This document shows positions 35,471 through 45,143 of a stretch of DNA of 64,000 nt, piece after piece. Under the pieces are notes generated by a model, which was not told the DNA's origin, did not search any database, and saw only the letters and a program-made list of their open reading frames with translations. Within the stretch, counting starts at the first letter, position 1; the number at the start of each line of letters is the position of its first letter. This stretch comes from a virus (taxonomy: Duplodnaviria > Heunggongvirae > Uroviricota > Caudoviricetes): positions 23,562 to 87,561 of IMG/VR virus record IMGVR_UViG_3300046779_000230, one strand, 5' to 3'. The position numbers and the translations under genes were made by a program.

Positions 35471-37707
35471 GCAACATATCCAATGAATCGGTTCAACAAA
35501 ACACGACTTGTTTTCTTGACATTTAGATAATTACTAAACTTTCTAGAAATAGCAGAAGCACTCATATTTGAAGTTGCTTCAAGTTCACCATCATCAATCT
35601 TAGTTGAAGATTGTGGAATCAAGAACAAGTCATCTCTGCCAGTGCCACTAATAGAAGCAAAGCCAGCATTCTTAAAATCTTTTCTCCAGTCTTCAATCAA
35701 TTCTTCGTAGTTACCCTTGAAGTCTGGAATGTTGCAACGAATAACACTTCTAAGATCTCGCAATGAGTTCTTAGAAATATAAAAGCCAACGACTGCAACA
35801 CCATAACGATCCTTAATCATACGAAGGATGACTTCGGTTTGCTTGGAAGAATCTGAACTAAACTCATAAGTCTTTTGTGTTTGTTCATCACGGATAAAAT
35901 GCTTTTGTGTGATTCTCTTATACTGACCATTGATATACTCATTCGAGTAAGAGTGTAAACCTGCACGAGAACCAACATATGGACCAATAGAACCACCTTC
36001 ACCATCGGTCAGTGTGATGAAAGTCATCTTTTCAATATTGTTGTTCTTGATGTACGTACCAAGATTGTTGTAAACCCAAACAAGAGCCTGATTCAATGGA
36101 GTTGCACCAAGGTCATAACCTTCATTCAAAAAGAATTTTGGATCAAGTGTGCGTTTAGCCATAGTGTTAAATTCACTGGATGTCATTTTATCAGAGAACA
36201 ATTCCAGCAACCTAAAGTTATCATTGGTCTTTAGAGTATCTCTGTTCTTGCTAACAGATGGAGATGGAGATTTATATCCATAACGATCTATTGTCTTCAA
36301 GTGATATTGAGATGTGAAAGCCAAAACACGGTATGGAATCTGAACCTTTGAACAGAACATAGCCAAGTTAATAACTTGTTGTAGTGTTTCTGTTATAACA
36401 TTAGACATGGAACCAGACCAGTCCAACAAGAAAATCATACCGTGATTTTTACCAGTGGGTAACACAGTCACACGTTTGAACAAGTCATCATTTAGTTTAT
36501 ACGACCAAATTTTACGCATGTCCAGCGAACCAACTTTAGAAGTTTGTGCACGCTTGTACATCTGAGCAGACTTACGCATATCAAATTCTTTGACAAGGTA
36601 ATTCACAGTGCGCACAGATTCACTTTTGAATTTCTCAAAGTCTGCATCAATTTCTTTTTGACGGTTGACCATCTGTTCATACCAACTATTACGGTATGGC
36701 ATATCGTCAATAGTCCAAGTTTTTTTGATCTCGTTCAAGATAGTCTTGTAAGAGATAACAGGATCTTCTTGGTAATGAGTATCGTATTTCCAGTAAAAAT
36801 AATGAGTGCTGTCATCAGCCAAACTTTCCAGTTGCTGACTAAATGCTTTGTCTGTTAGAGACTCAAGTTCATCTTCAGTTGTATCTTGGTTTGACTCAGC
36901 AGGAGTTTCAGTCTCTTCCTGTTCACCGCTTGGCTTACCATTTGGTTGTTGCTGATCATCAGAGTCTTGCTCTGCGTCAGAGTCATCCGAGTCATTAGAA
37001 GCAGGGGCTTCATCTTCTTGATCGTCTTCTTCTTGATCGTCTGCAGAACCAAATGTCTGGCTTGGATCATCTTGGTCATCATCTTCTTCTTCTTCTTGAT
37101 CTTCGGGAATAGATGACTTAGAAGAGTTTTGCTGGCGCTGTTCTTTTTGTTGCTTGATCTGATCCTTTGAAAACTCATAAATTTCATGAGCCAGTTCAAT
37201 GACTTCTTCAACAGTCTCACATCGTTCAGCACGATCTACGAATTCACGCTCAATAGAATTGAACTTAACACCACAATCAAAACCAGCTTTGTAGTACATG
37301 TTGATTTTGTCAATCAACAAAAGTTTGTCAAATGATTGGACTTGTTTAACCTTAAAGAAGTCACGATCGTTAAGTTGTTTGTAACCAGCACTCATGCGTT
37401 TACGCAGACCTGGATACTTACGTTTGATTAGTTTTTCAATGCGCACATCCTCCAGCACATTAAGGTATGTCATAATGCGAGGATTCTTTTCGATGGGTTC
37501 GATGTACTTTTCGCCTGTGTAAAGAGCGTGACCAACTTCGTGAGCGATCAACATGTCTTCAATCTCTGGCGTCATGTCTTTCCAGAGTGGCAAAGTTAAC
37601 ACACGTGATCTGATATCAAAAGATGCAGTACGTGTTGTGGCGCGAACAACAGTTAGGTTTTCTGTTGCAAGAAGTTTAGCGGATAGGTCTGATGTTGCAG
37701 TGTGCAT
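35467..37707 (-). CDS. VWA-domain protein (CobT-like) with an N-terminal HExxH motif and an acidic middle region
   Basis: HEVGHALY is the HExxH motif. FLLDWSGSMSNVI is the VWA MIDAS DxSxS motif. A long D/E-rich linker is present. The probable start is the ATG at 37707 (MHTATSD) with a GGAGAT ribosome-binding site. The track start uses an upstream TTG. Confidence 0.6.
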   Translation of the reverse strand: MHTATSDLSAKLLATENLTVVRATTRTASFDIRSRVLTLPLWKDMTPEIEDMLIAHEVGHALYTGEKYIEPIEKNPRIMTYLNVLEDVRIEKLIKRKYPGLRKRMSAGYKQLNDRDFFKVKQVQSFDKLLLIDKINMYYKAGFDCGVKFNSIEREFVDRAERCETVEEVIELAHEIYEFSKDQIKQQKEQRQQNSSKSSIPEDQEEEEDDDQDDPSQTFGSADDQEEDDQEDEAPASNDSDDSDAEQDSDDQQQPNGKPSGEQEETETPAESNQDTTEDELESLTDKAFSQQLESLADDSTHYFYWKYDTHYQEDPVISYKTILNEIKKTWTIDDMPYRNSWYEQMVNRQKEIDADFEKFKSESVRTVNYLVKEFDMRKSAQMYKRAQTSKVGSLDMRKIWSYKLNDDLFKRVTVLPTGKNHGMIFLLDWSGSMSNVITETLQQVINLAMFCSKVQIPYRVLAFTSQYHLKTIDRYGYKSPSPSVSKNRDTLKTNDNFRLLELFSDKMTSSEFNTMAKRTLDPKFFLNEGYDLGATPLNQALVWVYNNLGTYIKNNNIEKMTFITLTDGEGGSIGPYVGSRAGLHSYSNEYINGQYKRITQKHFIRDEQTQKTYEFSSDSSKQTEVILRMIKDRYGVAVVGFYISKNSLRDLRSVIRCNIPDFKGNYEELIEDWRKDFKNAGFASISGTGRDDLFLIPQSSTKIDDGELEATSNMSASAISRKFSNYLNVKKTSRVLLNRFIGYVA

Positions 37708-37725
37708 AATGTATCTCCAGATAGA

Positions 37726-37754
37726 ATTATACACCAAAACCGTATAAAAGACAA
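37726..37754 (-). promoter_or_regulatory. Sigma70-type promoter: TTGTCT, 17-nt spacer, TATAAT
   Basis: The minus strand reads TTGTCTtttatacggttttggtgTATAAT, directly downstream of the terminator at 37762..37784. Confidence 0.55.
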
Positions 37755-37761
37755 CACCAAT

Positions 37762-37784
37762 AAAAAACCCTGTCAGAGACAGGG
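37762..37784 (-). terminator. Rho-independent terminator after gp46
   Basis: Stem ccctgtc/gacaggg with loop aga, followed by TTTTTT on the minus strand. Confidence 0.6.
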
Positions 37785-37791
37785 TTTGCGG

Positions 37792-39510
37792 TTAGTTAGT
37801 TGCAATAACTGAAAAGTCGTTTCGTTTTTCAAACTTGATCACACTTCTAAACTTATCGAACAACTGGTCACCTTTGTGAGAGATAACAAAGACATTCGAA
37901 TGTTCTCCAAGAGTATTCATTAGATTCAAGAAGTAATCAGTACCAGCTGTGTCCAAACTTGAATCAAAAATCTCGTCTAATAGCAACAAGTTTGTGTTCA
38001 CTGAGTTTTTCATCTTGGCAATTTGTCGCCATGTAAACAAGATTGATAAGTCGATACGCATCTTTTCGCCTTCAGAGAAACTTGCATAAGTAAACTCATC
38101 GCGATGACGAGATTTGACAATCTCGTTAAAGTTCTCATCAAGTTCAAAGTGAATGTAAGCATCCATGGCATTCAGATACTTGTTAATCAACTTGTTCATA
38201 ACTGGCAAGTATTCACGAATGATAGCAGTTTTGATCCCAGTGTCTTTTAACAACAAGTTTGCTACTTCTTCGAGATTACGGTGTTCTTGTAGAGTAGTTT
38301 TCTGCTTGATCAATTCCATGGCAGCACTTGCTAGTTCTTTCAACTTACGCTTTTCTTCATCAACATTGGCTGTGTCCATAGTCGATTCTTCGACTTCAGC
38401 TTGAAGAGTCTTGTTCAACTTGTTCAACATAGAGATGTTGGCATTAAGCGTTGAAAGTTTGATATTTAAATCAGTGATTTCTTTTAGAACAGTGTTCATG
38501 TCTGACAAGTCGTTATTCAACTTGCTAAAGATATCTTCTAAATCAGACAGTCTCTTGTTCTCAAATTCAATCTTGGCATTTAGTTCTTGAACAATGGTTT
38601 CTTTATGATCGTGCGGAATGCCTTGTGAGCAGGACGGGCATACGCTGTTCTCATCAAAGAATTCGGCATGATGTTTGTGTTGCTCGACGATGGAAAGTAG
38701 TTTATTTTTAAACCCCTTTGCCTTTTCAATGTCACTATCAACCTTACTCTTGTTAGCAGTTTGTAGTTGGAGTGAGGTAATCTCAGCAAGTGTCTCAGCC
38801 ACCGCTGTTTCGCTTCGCTGTATTTCTGAGTTATTAGCTTCGATCTTAGATAGTAGAGATCCAATAGCTTCTGACTTGGCATTTGTAAGAGTTTTAATGA
38901 GTAACGATTGTCCATCAACCTTAGTCTTCGCAGTTGCAATCTCCCCTTCAATCCTCTTGATAGTGTCACGTGTTTCATTGGCTTTTTCTTTCAACAACTG
39001 ATTCATAGTCGAGAAGATACGAATATCAAGAATGTCTTCAATAACTTCTCGGCGTTGACTTGGAGACAACTGCATGAATGGGACAAACGAAGCTGAACCC
39101 AAGATAACAACCTGTGTGAAGGTTTTGTAGTTCAGTTTTAAAATCTGTTGCTCAAGAACTTTTTGGTAGTCTTTGGCAGCAGCATCTTGGTTCATTAAAA
39201 CACTATCAACCCAAATTTCAAATTTGTTGGGTTTGATACCACGAATAACTTTATACTTCTTGGCACCAATACTGAATTGAACTTCAACAAGACAGTTCTT
39301 ACCATTGATAGAGTTAATCAGTTGTCCCTTGTTGATATTACGAAATGGTTTACCAAACAAAGCAAAACACAAGGCATCTAGAACAGTGGATTTACCTTCA
39401 CCGTTCTTGCCAATGATAAGAGTGGTTGTTGATTTGTTCAGTAAGATTTTGTTAGCAGAATTACCAGTTGATAGAAAATTCTTCCATTCAATACTTTCGA
39501 AAACAATCAT
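37792..39510 (-). CDS. 46: Recombination nuclease subunit gp46 (SbcC/Rad50-like)
   Basis: N-terminal P-loop LIIGKNGEGKSTVLDAL, a long coiled-coil, and a C-terminal signature/D-loop region (LLLLDEIFD). Length 572 aa. Confidence 0.85.
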   Translation of the reverse strand: MIVFESIEWKNFLSTGNSANKILLNKSTTTLIIGKNGEGKSTVLDALCFALFGKPFRNINKGQLINSINGKNCLVEVQFSIGAKKYKVIRGIKPNKFEIWVDSVLMNQDAAAKDYQKVLEQQILKLNYKTFTQVVILGSASFVPFMQLSPSQRREVIEDILDIRIFSTMNQLLKEKANETRDTIKRIEGEIATAKTKVDGQSLLIKTLTNAKSEAIGSLLSKIEANNSEIQRSETAVAETLAEITSLQLQTANKSKVDSDIEKAKGFKNKLLSIVEQHKHHAEFFDENSVCPSCSQGIPHDHKETIVQELNAKIEFENKRLSDLEDIFSKLNNDLSDMNTVLKEITDLNIKLSTLNANISMLNKLNKTLQAEVEESTMDTANVDEEKRKLKELASAAMELIKQKTTLQEHRNLEEVANLLLKDTGIKTAIIREYLPVMNKLINKYLNAMDAYIHFELDENFNEIVKSRHRDEFTYASFSEGEKMRIDLSILFTWRQIAKMKNSVNTNLLLLDEIFDSSLDTAGTDYFLNLMNTLGEHSNVFVISHKGDQLFDKFRSVIKFEKRNDFSVIATN

Positions 39511-40568
39511 TAAACAACCTCAATGTTAACTGCTTCAGTGTATAAACTGCGCATGTATGTTTTAATCTTTTCTTTATCCATATCAGTCTCGATAGAATCA
39601 ACGTAGTGACCAAGAACAGAAAGCGTATCTTCTAGATTGATATTTTCATCATCAAGTTCGCCGTCACTAAACTCAGACATATCTTCGACAACTTTGATAT
39701 CTTGACATCCTTTATTATACAACTTTTGAATAAACTTATCAAACTTGTAATAGTCAGTTTTATTGACAACAACTAATCTAACATACTTGCCTGTTAGATC
39801 TGATTTGTCAAGGTCGAAGGGTTCTTTATCCTTGTCGTCGTACTCAATTCTCTCGAACATTCGATAAGGATTGCGAATGAAGTCGAGGTTTCTTGTGTCG
39901 AGGTCAAACAAGTGAAATCCTCGGGGATCGTTATAGTCTTGCCATGTAAGCTCATATGGGTTTCCGAGGTAGTAGATCTGCTTATCATCAGACTTGTGAT
40001 GATAATGCCCAGAAAAAACCATGTCAAACTTGTCGAATGTTTCTTTAGAAAGTCCATCATGCGATTCCATACCTCTGTACATAGCAAAGCCAGCAATTTC
40101 AAAGTGACCCATACAAATTTCGGCTTTTGTACTTTTCATATGGTCAACGCATTCAGAATAATTATCTGTACAGATCCAAGGAATCATACAAATAGAAACA
40201 CCATCAATGACGATGGTTTCTGGTTTAGAGATAACATCTATGTTGGCATACTCGTTCAACAATAAGTCTGGTGAGTTGACATCATTGGTATTCTTGAAGT
40301 AAGTATCGTGATTACCTGCCAACATATGAACTCGAATTCCTCTACGCTCAAGTTCATCAAAGAACATTTTCTTGGCTCTGTCAAGAGCGTAGAAGTTTAC
40401 GTACTTACGGCGATCAAAAGTATCACCAAGAATAAGAACAGTATTAATATTGTTTTTATCCAGCGTAGGAAAAAATACATTTTGATAAAACTTTTCAAAG
40501 AAATCCAAGAATGTGATGCTGTCGTTGCGAGCACCAAAATGTTGATCAGTTATTAACGCTACCTTCAT
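39510..40568 (-). CDS. 47: Recombination nuclease subunit gp47 (SbcD/Mre11-like phosphoesterase)
   Basis: Calcineurin-like motifs ITDQHFG, GDTFDRR and GNHDT. Length 352 aa. Confidence 0.85.
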   Translation of the reverse strand: MKVALITDQHFGARNDSITFLDFFEKFYQNVFFPTLDKNNINTVLILGDTFDRRKYVNFYALDRAKKMFFDELERRGIRVHMLAGNHDTYFKNTNDVNSPDLLLNEYANIDVISKPETIVIDGVSICMIPWICTDNYSECVDHMKSTKAEICMGHFEIAGFAMYRGMESHDGLSKETFDKFDMVFSGHYHHKSDDKQIYYLGNPYELTWQDYNDPRGFHLFDLDTRNLDFIRNPYRMFERIEYDDKDKEPFDLDKSDLTGKYVRLVVVNKTDYYKFDKFIQKLYNKGCQDIKVVEDMSEFSDGELDDENINLEDTLSVLGHYVDSIETDMDKEKIKTYMRSLYTEAVNIEVV

Positions 40569-40576
40569 GCAATTCC

Positions 40577-40801
40577 TCAGAATGATGTTGGTTGTGCTAC
40601 ACCACGAACAAGAGCCATCAGACCAGTTTGTAAGTCTGTTGCACCGATACTAATCCAACGCTGATCCAGAGTAGGTTGTGAGCGTAGACGTTCAACCAAT
40701 TCTCCAAGTTCAGCACCTTTGGCTTTGATCTCATTCATAAGATTAATCTCATCTTGAGAAAGATCACGATAGCCTTTAATTTGTTTGTGTTGATTGTCCA
40801 T
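40577..40801 (-). CDS. Hypothetical protein
   Basis: The probable start is MDNQHK at 40801 with a strong AAGGAGA ribosome-binding site. The track start is an upstream alternative. Confidence 0.4.
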   Translation of the reverse strand: MDNQHKQIKGYRDLSQDEINLMNEIKAKGAELGELVERLRSQPTLDQRWISIGATDLQTGLMALVRGVAQPTSF

Positions 40802-40939
40802 CAGGAATCTCCTTGTATAATTTAATTTCAATGACATCTCCAGTTTTAACAGTTAGTGAAAACTGACTAGCTTCACCAAACGTGTTAAACCACTTAAAAG
40901 CCACCATTGACCCAGATGTGTAGTATGTAACTTTATACA

Positions 40940-42124
40940 TCAATAAAAACCAACCTTTCTGGAATTCTTTGAATTCTTGACACCATCAGATTGCTTGTTG
41001 AAAATTTCAGCAATGCTGTACTTGCCAGTGGCACTGTCAGTTGGCGCAGCGACGCCAAGTTTGTCAGCCAATACTTTGGCTTGTGATGTATCCAACTGAT
41101 CAAAGGTAACGATGTCAAAACAACGACCTGGACGCACCAAGGCAGAATCAACATCGCGAATGCTTGGCAAATTTGTAGAGAAGATCATCTTCTTACCGCG
41201 AGTTGTAACCAAACCATCACCCACGTTCAAGAAACGGTGCATCATTGTGTTACCGTCACTACGAGACTTCAAGAATGCATCACTGTCTTCCAACACCATG
41301 ATTTCAGTGTCGTCTTCGATAAAGCGTGCAAAGAAACCATCCTTCTCAAGGATTTGAGAATCGTAAGAAACGATTGCGGATGCGTTGCGGTGAGACAGCA
41401 AGCCACGGATGAATGTAGTCTTGCCAGTTCCAGGTGGACCAATCAACAGCAAGATGTTTGCTGAAGAATTCATATATCGATCGTAGTAGCTTTCCAGAGA
41501 TTCACCATTAAGGAATGGATACATCTCAGCAACTGGCAAACGATCACGGTTAAGAGGGACGCTCACAGAATGACCATCGCTGCCGTAAACCCATTCGATG
41601 TGAGATGTCACAACAGAGAATGCGTCTTCAACCATCTCGATGATCTCAGTAACAAACTCTTGGCTACCATATGCACGAACATTAGTTGAGTTTGAGCTAA
41701 CGCTGTATGTGATGTATTCGTTGGTTGCTTCAATGACGATAAAGCCAGAAGAAGAACCACCTTGAACAATCAAATCACCATCAAAGTTTTGTTCAACCCA
41801 ATTAGCCCATGTGCGACGATTGGCAAGCACAGTTGTATCGCGGTGGAGTGTGCGTTGGTTTGCGTCAACGCGACGCTTTAAAATTTCTGATGTGATCAGA
41901 TCATCAAAGTCGTTAACACCAAGAAAGATTTTGTTGTCAGTTTGATTGTTCATATATGTATTCAAGTTCAAATAATTATCATCTGCAGAAATTGTTCTAC
42001 GCTTTAGAGTTCTACCACTTCTTGCTCTAATCGCTCTAGCCCTAGCGGGTCTGTATGCTATTGCTCGTTCAATACCACCATTACTAAGGCTATTGATCAA
42101 GTCCCTCACGCTCTGTGACATCAT
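40940..42124 (-). CDS. AAA+ family ATPase
   Basis: LLLIGPPGTGKTTFIRGL (Walker A), MVLEDSD (Walker B) and LVRPGRCF (sensor 2). Confidence 0.6.
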   Translation of the reverse strand: MMSQSVRDLINSLSNGGIERAIAYRPARARAIRARSGRTLKRRTISADDNYLNLNTYMNNQTDNKIFLGVNDFDDLITSEILKRRVDANQRTLHRDTTVLANRRTWANWVEQNFDGDLIVQGGSSSGFIVIEATNEYITYSVSSNSTNVRAYGSQEFVTEIIEMVEDAFSVVTSHIEWVYGSDGHSVSVPLNRDRLPVAEMYPFLNGESLESYYDRYMNSSANILLLIGPPGTGKTTFIRGLLSHRNASAIVSYDSQILEKDGFFARFIEDDTEIMVLEDSDAFLKSRSDGNTMMHRFLNVGDGLVTTRGKKMIFSTNLPSIRDVDSALVRPGRCFDIVTFDQLDTSQAKVLADKLGVAAPTDSATGKYSIAEIFNKQSDGVKNSKNSRKVGFY

Positions 42125-42656
42125 CTACTCCATCATCAATAAATTCATCTAAGTTTGGTTGCTTTTTCTTTTTCTTTTCTTTTTTGCGTTCAATAAACGT
42201 ATCGTCAAACGTCTGATTGGCTTGCATAAATTCAAGATAAGCATTGTGGTATCCTGTACCTTCGTCTTGCTCTTGCAGTTCAAACATCTCAAAGGGCATG
42301 TCTTGTATCAACTTGCCTTTGATGTATGATTGTTTCTTTTCTTTTGCTATCCTACGCAAGAATGCATAGTAAATAATTTGGGTGAAGTATGCAAAAGGAT
42401 TGCTGGACTTGTCTGGGTTAAAGTTATCAATGTACTGAATGCAGTTCTCGATACCGTCGAGAATCATATCATCACGATATGAGTAGTTGATAAAGTTTGG
42501 CTTGTACGAAAGGTGATTGGCGATCTTTAAGATGCATTCACCGATGTAGTTGCTAATGATTGGCTTGGGTCTGCCTTCTTGTTTAGCCAACTCCACAGAG
42601 TCTCTATACTTAATTAGTGCATCTAAAAAATCTTTGTTATTTACGTAGTGAGCCAT
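42090..42656 (-). CDS. 55: Late-transcription sigma factor gp55
   Basis: YVNNKDFLDALIKY and NPFAYFTQIIYYAFLRRIAKEKK parallel T4 gp55 YVNNKELLQAIIDW and [23 protein letters not shown]. Confidence 0.85.
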   Translation of the reverse strand: MAHYVNNKDFLDALIKYRDSVELAKQEGRPKPIISNYIGECILKIANHLSYKPNFINYSYRDDMILDGIENCIQYIDNFNPDKSSNPFAYFTQIIYYAFLRRIAKEKKQSYIKGKLIQDMPFEMFELQEQDEGTGYHNAYLEFMQANQTFDDTFIERKKEKKKKKQPNLDEFIDDGVDDVTEREGLDQ

Positions 42657-42692
42657 ACATGGGCGTTCCTCTTGTAGTTCAAGTTATCAAGT

Positions 42693-42721
42693 ATTATACA
42701 GCAACAAGTGTGAAAAGACAA
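42693..42721 (-). promoter_or_regulatory. Sigma70-type early promoter: TTGTCT, 17-nt spacer, TATAAT
   Basis: The minus strand reads agTTTGTCTtttcacacttgttgctgTATAAT, 33 nt upstream of the gp55 ATG. Confidence 0.55.
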
Positions 42722-42815
42722 ACTTTCTTTTGTAGCCAAAGCATTGCAAAATACATTTGCTTTTTTATTTGACTTGAGGCATAATTCAGGGTGTTAGGGT
42801 TGGTAAAGATATAGA

Positions 42816-43169
42816 TCAATTAATCGTATCGTTACCGTCCATTATGAATCTGTAGGATCCGTCATCCTCTGCTTCTCTCTCAGGACGCTCATCTTCTTCT
42901 GACTCTGTCAGCCTGATGTATGTTTTTATAAATGGCTCAGCCAGATTTTTGATAAACATTACATCTCTCTTGTCCAAGATGAATTCAGAATCTTCAGTGA
43001 AGGGACAGAATGGAGCAGCTGCAAGATGTTCTCTACCATCTGCAAGAGATGGCACAGACTTGATCACAAGAGGATTATTCAGCTGAACAAAATTTTCATC
43101 CTCAGCCCCTAAGACAGACATCAACGTCTCTCCAGAAACAAGTTTCAACACAACATAGACATCATTCAT
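42816..43169 (-). CDS. Hypothetical protein
   Basis: Intact ORF. Confidence 0.4.
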   Translation of the reverse strand: MNDVYVVLKLVSGETLMSVLGAEDENFVQLNNPLVIKSVPSLADGREHLAAAPFCPFTEDSEFILDKRDVMFIKNLAEPFIKTYIRLTESEEDERPEREAEDDGSYRFIMDGNDTIN

Positions 43170-44680
43170 TGTAAGTCAACTTCCACAAGTTTTAGTTTAA
43201 ATTGTTCTTCAGCGTATGTCTTGTAACGCTCAGCAGCATGATTTAGTGTATGATTCTTCCAAGACTTCCAATGCAAGTCATCTGCAATGTCGTAAAGTTT
43301 ACAAGAAACCTTACCGTCCTTTAAACGCAAACCACGACCAATGGATTGTAAATTTCTAATTTTTGATTTTGATGGCGACGCAAAGATAACATTCTCGATG
43401 GATGGTATGTTGATACCTGTGGAGAACGTGCCATAAGATGCGATGATGATTGCATCGTCTTCACCTTCTGTGATGTGACGAACTGCTTCTCTATCAGCTG
43501 TGTCTGTTCCACCGTACACAAAAAAGACTTTTCTGTCATCGTGTACTTTATCTTTTATAAGATCGTAGAGAACTTTACCGTGCTTTTCAACGTATTGAAA
43601 AAGAACGAGCGTATTACCTTTAGAATTTACTGCCAGATTTCTGATGAACTTGTTACGCTTTTCGTTCGTAACTAGCCAATCCATTTCTTCTTGGTACGTG
43701 TTTTTATTACGTTCTTTACGAATTAACTCACTATATTTTAATATAAGACACGTTATATTTAGTTGAGTCAATTTTCCAGAATCCATCAACGCTTTGGTAG
43801 TTGTCACACGATGTACTGGACCAAAGATACCTTCAAGGACTAGCTGGTGAATCTTTTTATTGTCTAGTGTACCAGTTGTGCCAATGCGATATTGGATGGT
43901 GTCCATCTTTTCCATAACACCAGTTAGTGACTTGGCTTTAAAGTTATGAGCCTCATCTCCAAACATAACATGGAACTGTTTGAACCATGACTTTGGTTGC
44001 AAGTAGATGGATTGCCAAGTTGTGATCAACACATGCTTGGTAAAGTCTTTTGGAAACCCACTGTATAACTTTTGGCAGTGGGTACCAACATCAAACCCAT
44101 TTGCTGATGAATAGTCTTCAAAGTCAGCGTACATCTGTTCAACTAGCGAAGTTGTTGGAACAATAAGAATACACTTACGTCCTTCATTCAAATGCCAACG
44201 CATTGTAGTGTATATGATGAACGACTTACCTGACGCAGTTGGCGACAGTAGTAATACACGCTCTTTGTTAAGAGCAGTCTGTACAGCTTCTACTTGATAA
44301 TCTCTAATCTCAATTGGCTTACCACGTCCATGTGGATTTAACCATTTGGCAAACTCTTCAACAAGTTCTGTTGTTATATTGTTGTTTGGAGCAAAGTTGT
44401 CTTTTAGTTCTACTGTATATTGATTGCGTTCGGCGAACTTGACAACATAATCTAACAATCCAATGTACAGAGTTTTTCTTACTTGATCATATAGACGCAC
44501 CTTACCGTCCCACAATCTTGCTCTGTATTGAGGAGTGTATTTTGCACCTGGATATTCATATGTGAAGAAATCAGCGATCTCCTGTTCAACAGAAGGGTCA
44601 CTGAATACTCTGACGTAAACTTCGTCTAGCTTTTCTACTTTTATTACATTCATTACATTCCAGCTAGGAACTTTTTCCAT
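43166..44680 (-). CDS. uvsW: SF2 DNA helicase UvsW
   Basis: SPTASGKS (Walker A) and MFGDEAHNF (DEAH box). Length and position next to uvsY fit. Confidence 0.8.
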   Translation of the reverse strand: MEKVPSWNVMNVIKVEKLDEVYVRVFSDPSVEQEIADFFTYEYPGAKYTPQYRARLWDGKVRLYDQVRKTLYIGLLDYVVKFAERNQYTVELKDNFAPNNNITTELVEEFAKWLNPHGRGKPIEIRDYQVEAVQTALNKERVLLLSPTASGKSFIIYTTMRWHLNEGRKCILIVPTTSLVEQMYADFEDYSSANGFDVGTHCQKLYSGFPKDFTKHVLITTWQSIYLQPKSWFKQFHVMFGDEAHNFKAKSLTGVMEKMDTIQYRIGTTGTLDNKKIHQLVLEGIFGPVHRVTTTKALMDSGKLTQLNITCLILKYSELIRKERNKNTYQEEMDWLVTNEKRNKFIRNLAVNSKGNTLVLFQYVEKHGKVLYDLIKDKVHDDRKVFFVYGGTDTADREAVRHITEGEDDAIIIASYGTFSTGINIPSIENVIFASPSKSKIRNLQSIGRGLRLKDGKVSCKLYDIADDLHWKSWKNHTLNHAAERYKTYAEEQFKLKLVEVDLQ

Positions 44681-45090
44681 TCCACGTGTGTTTTAATCTG
44701 CCAATCTCTGGCTTTGATTTGACTTAATATAGACTCAAGCAGGTATATCATTGTTTCAAGATACTCAATCTTGACTCTCATTGTATTTAGATCTGAGTCC
44801 CCTTGAAGGAATTCGTCCATCTCATTCTTTAGTGGCTTAATACCTTGCCACTGTACCCAGCCGAGTTCATTCAATTCATCGCGGCTGAGTTCACCCCTGT
44901 AGTACCTAAACTTATTCTTGCGAAGTTGGTTATGGTCTGATGAAAGTTTTGTGTGTTTGAGTTTAACCCCTACGAGTAATCGTAGATATTTTGCGTGTAG
45001 CTTTGGGGTTGCTGTGGCTTGTTCGCCGAGAAAGTTATCATTAATGGAACAGTCTTTGTCCCATTCATCTTGTAGCTGTTCAATATTCAT
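44653..45090 (-). CDS. uvsY: Recombination mediator UvsY
   Basis: Length 145 aa. IEQLQDEW and YYRGE blocks resemble T4 UvsY. Positioned next to uvsW. Confidence 0.6.
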   Translation of the reverse strand: MNIEQLQDEWDKDCSINDNFLGEQATATPKLHAKYLRLLVGVKLKHTKLSSDHNQLRKNKFRYYRGELSRDELNELGWVQWQGIKPLKNEMDEFLQGDSDLNTMRVKIEYLETMIYLLESILSQIKARDWQIKTHVEWKKFLAGM

Positions 45091-45114
45091 AATATCCTCA
45101 AAAATTATGTAGAC

Positions 45115-45143
45115 ATTATACTACATAATTGTAATAATTTCAA
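45115..45143 (-). promoter_or_regulatory. Sigma70-type promoter: TTGAAA, 17-nt spacer, TATAAT
   Basis: The minus strand reads aaTTGAAAttattacaattatgtagTATAAT, 24 nt upstream of the uvsY ATG. Confidence 0.5.

Noticed and set aside
42740-42770. T4 MotA-box middle promoter (TGCTT) upstream of gp55
   Set aside because: Only a partial aaTGCTTtgg is present, and its spacing to the -10 box is wrong. The sigma70-like TTGTCT-N17-TATAAT box at 42693..42721 explains the region better.
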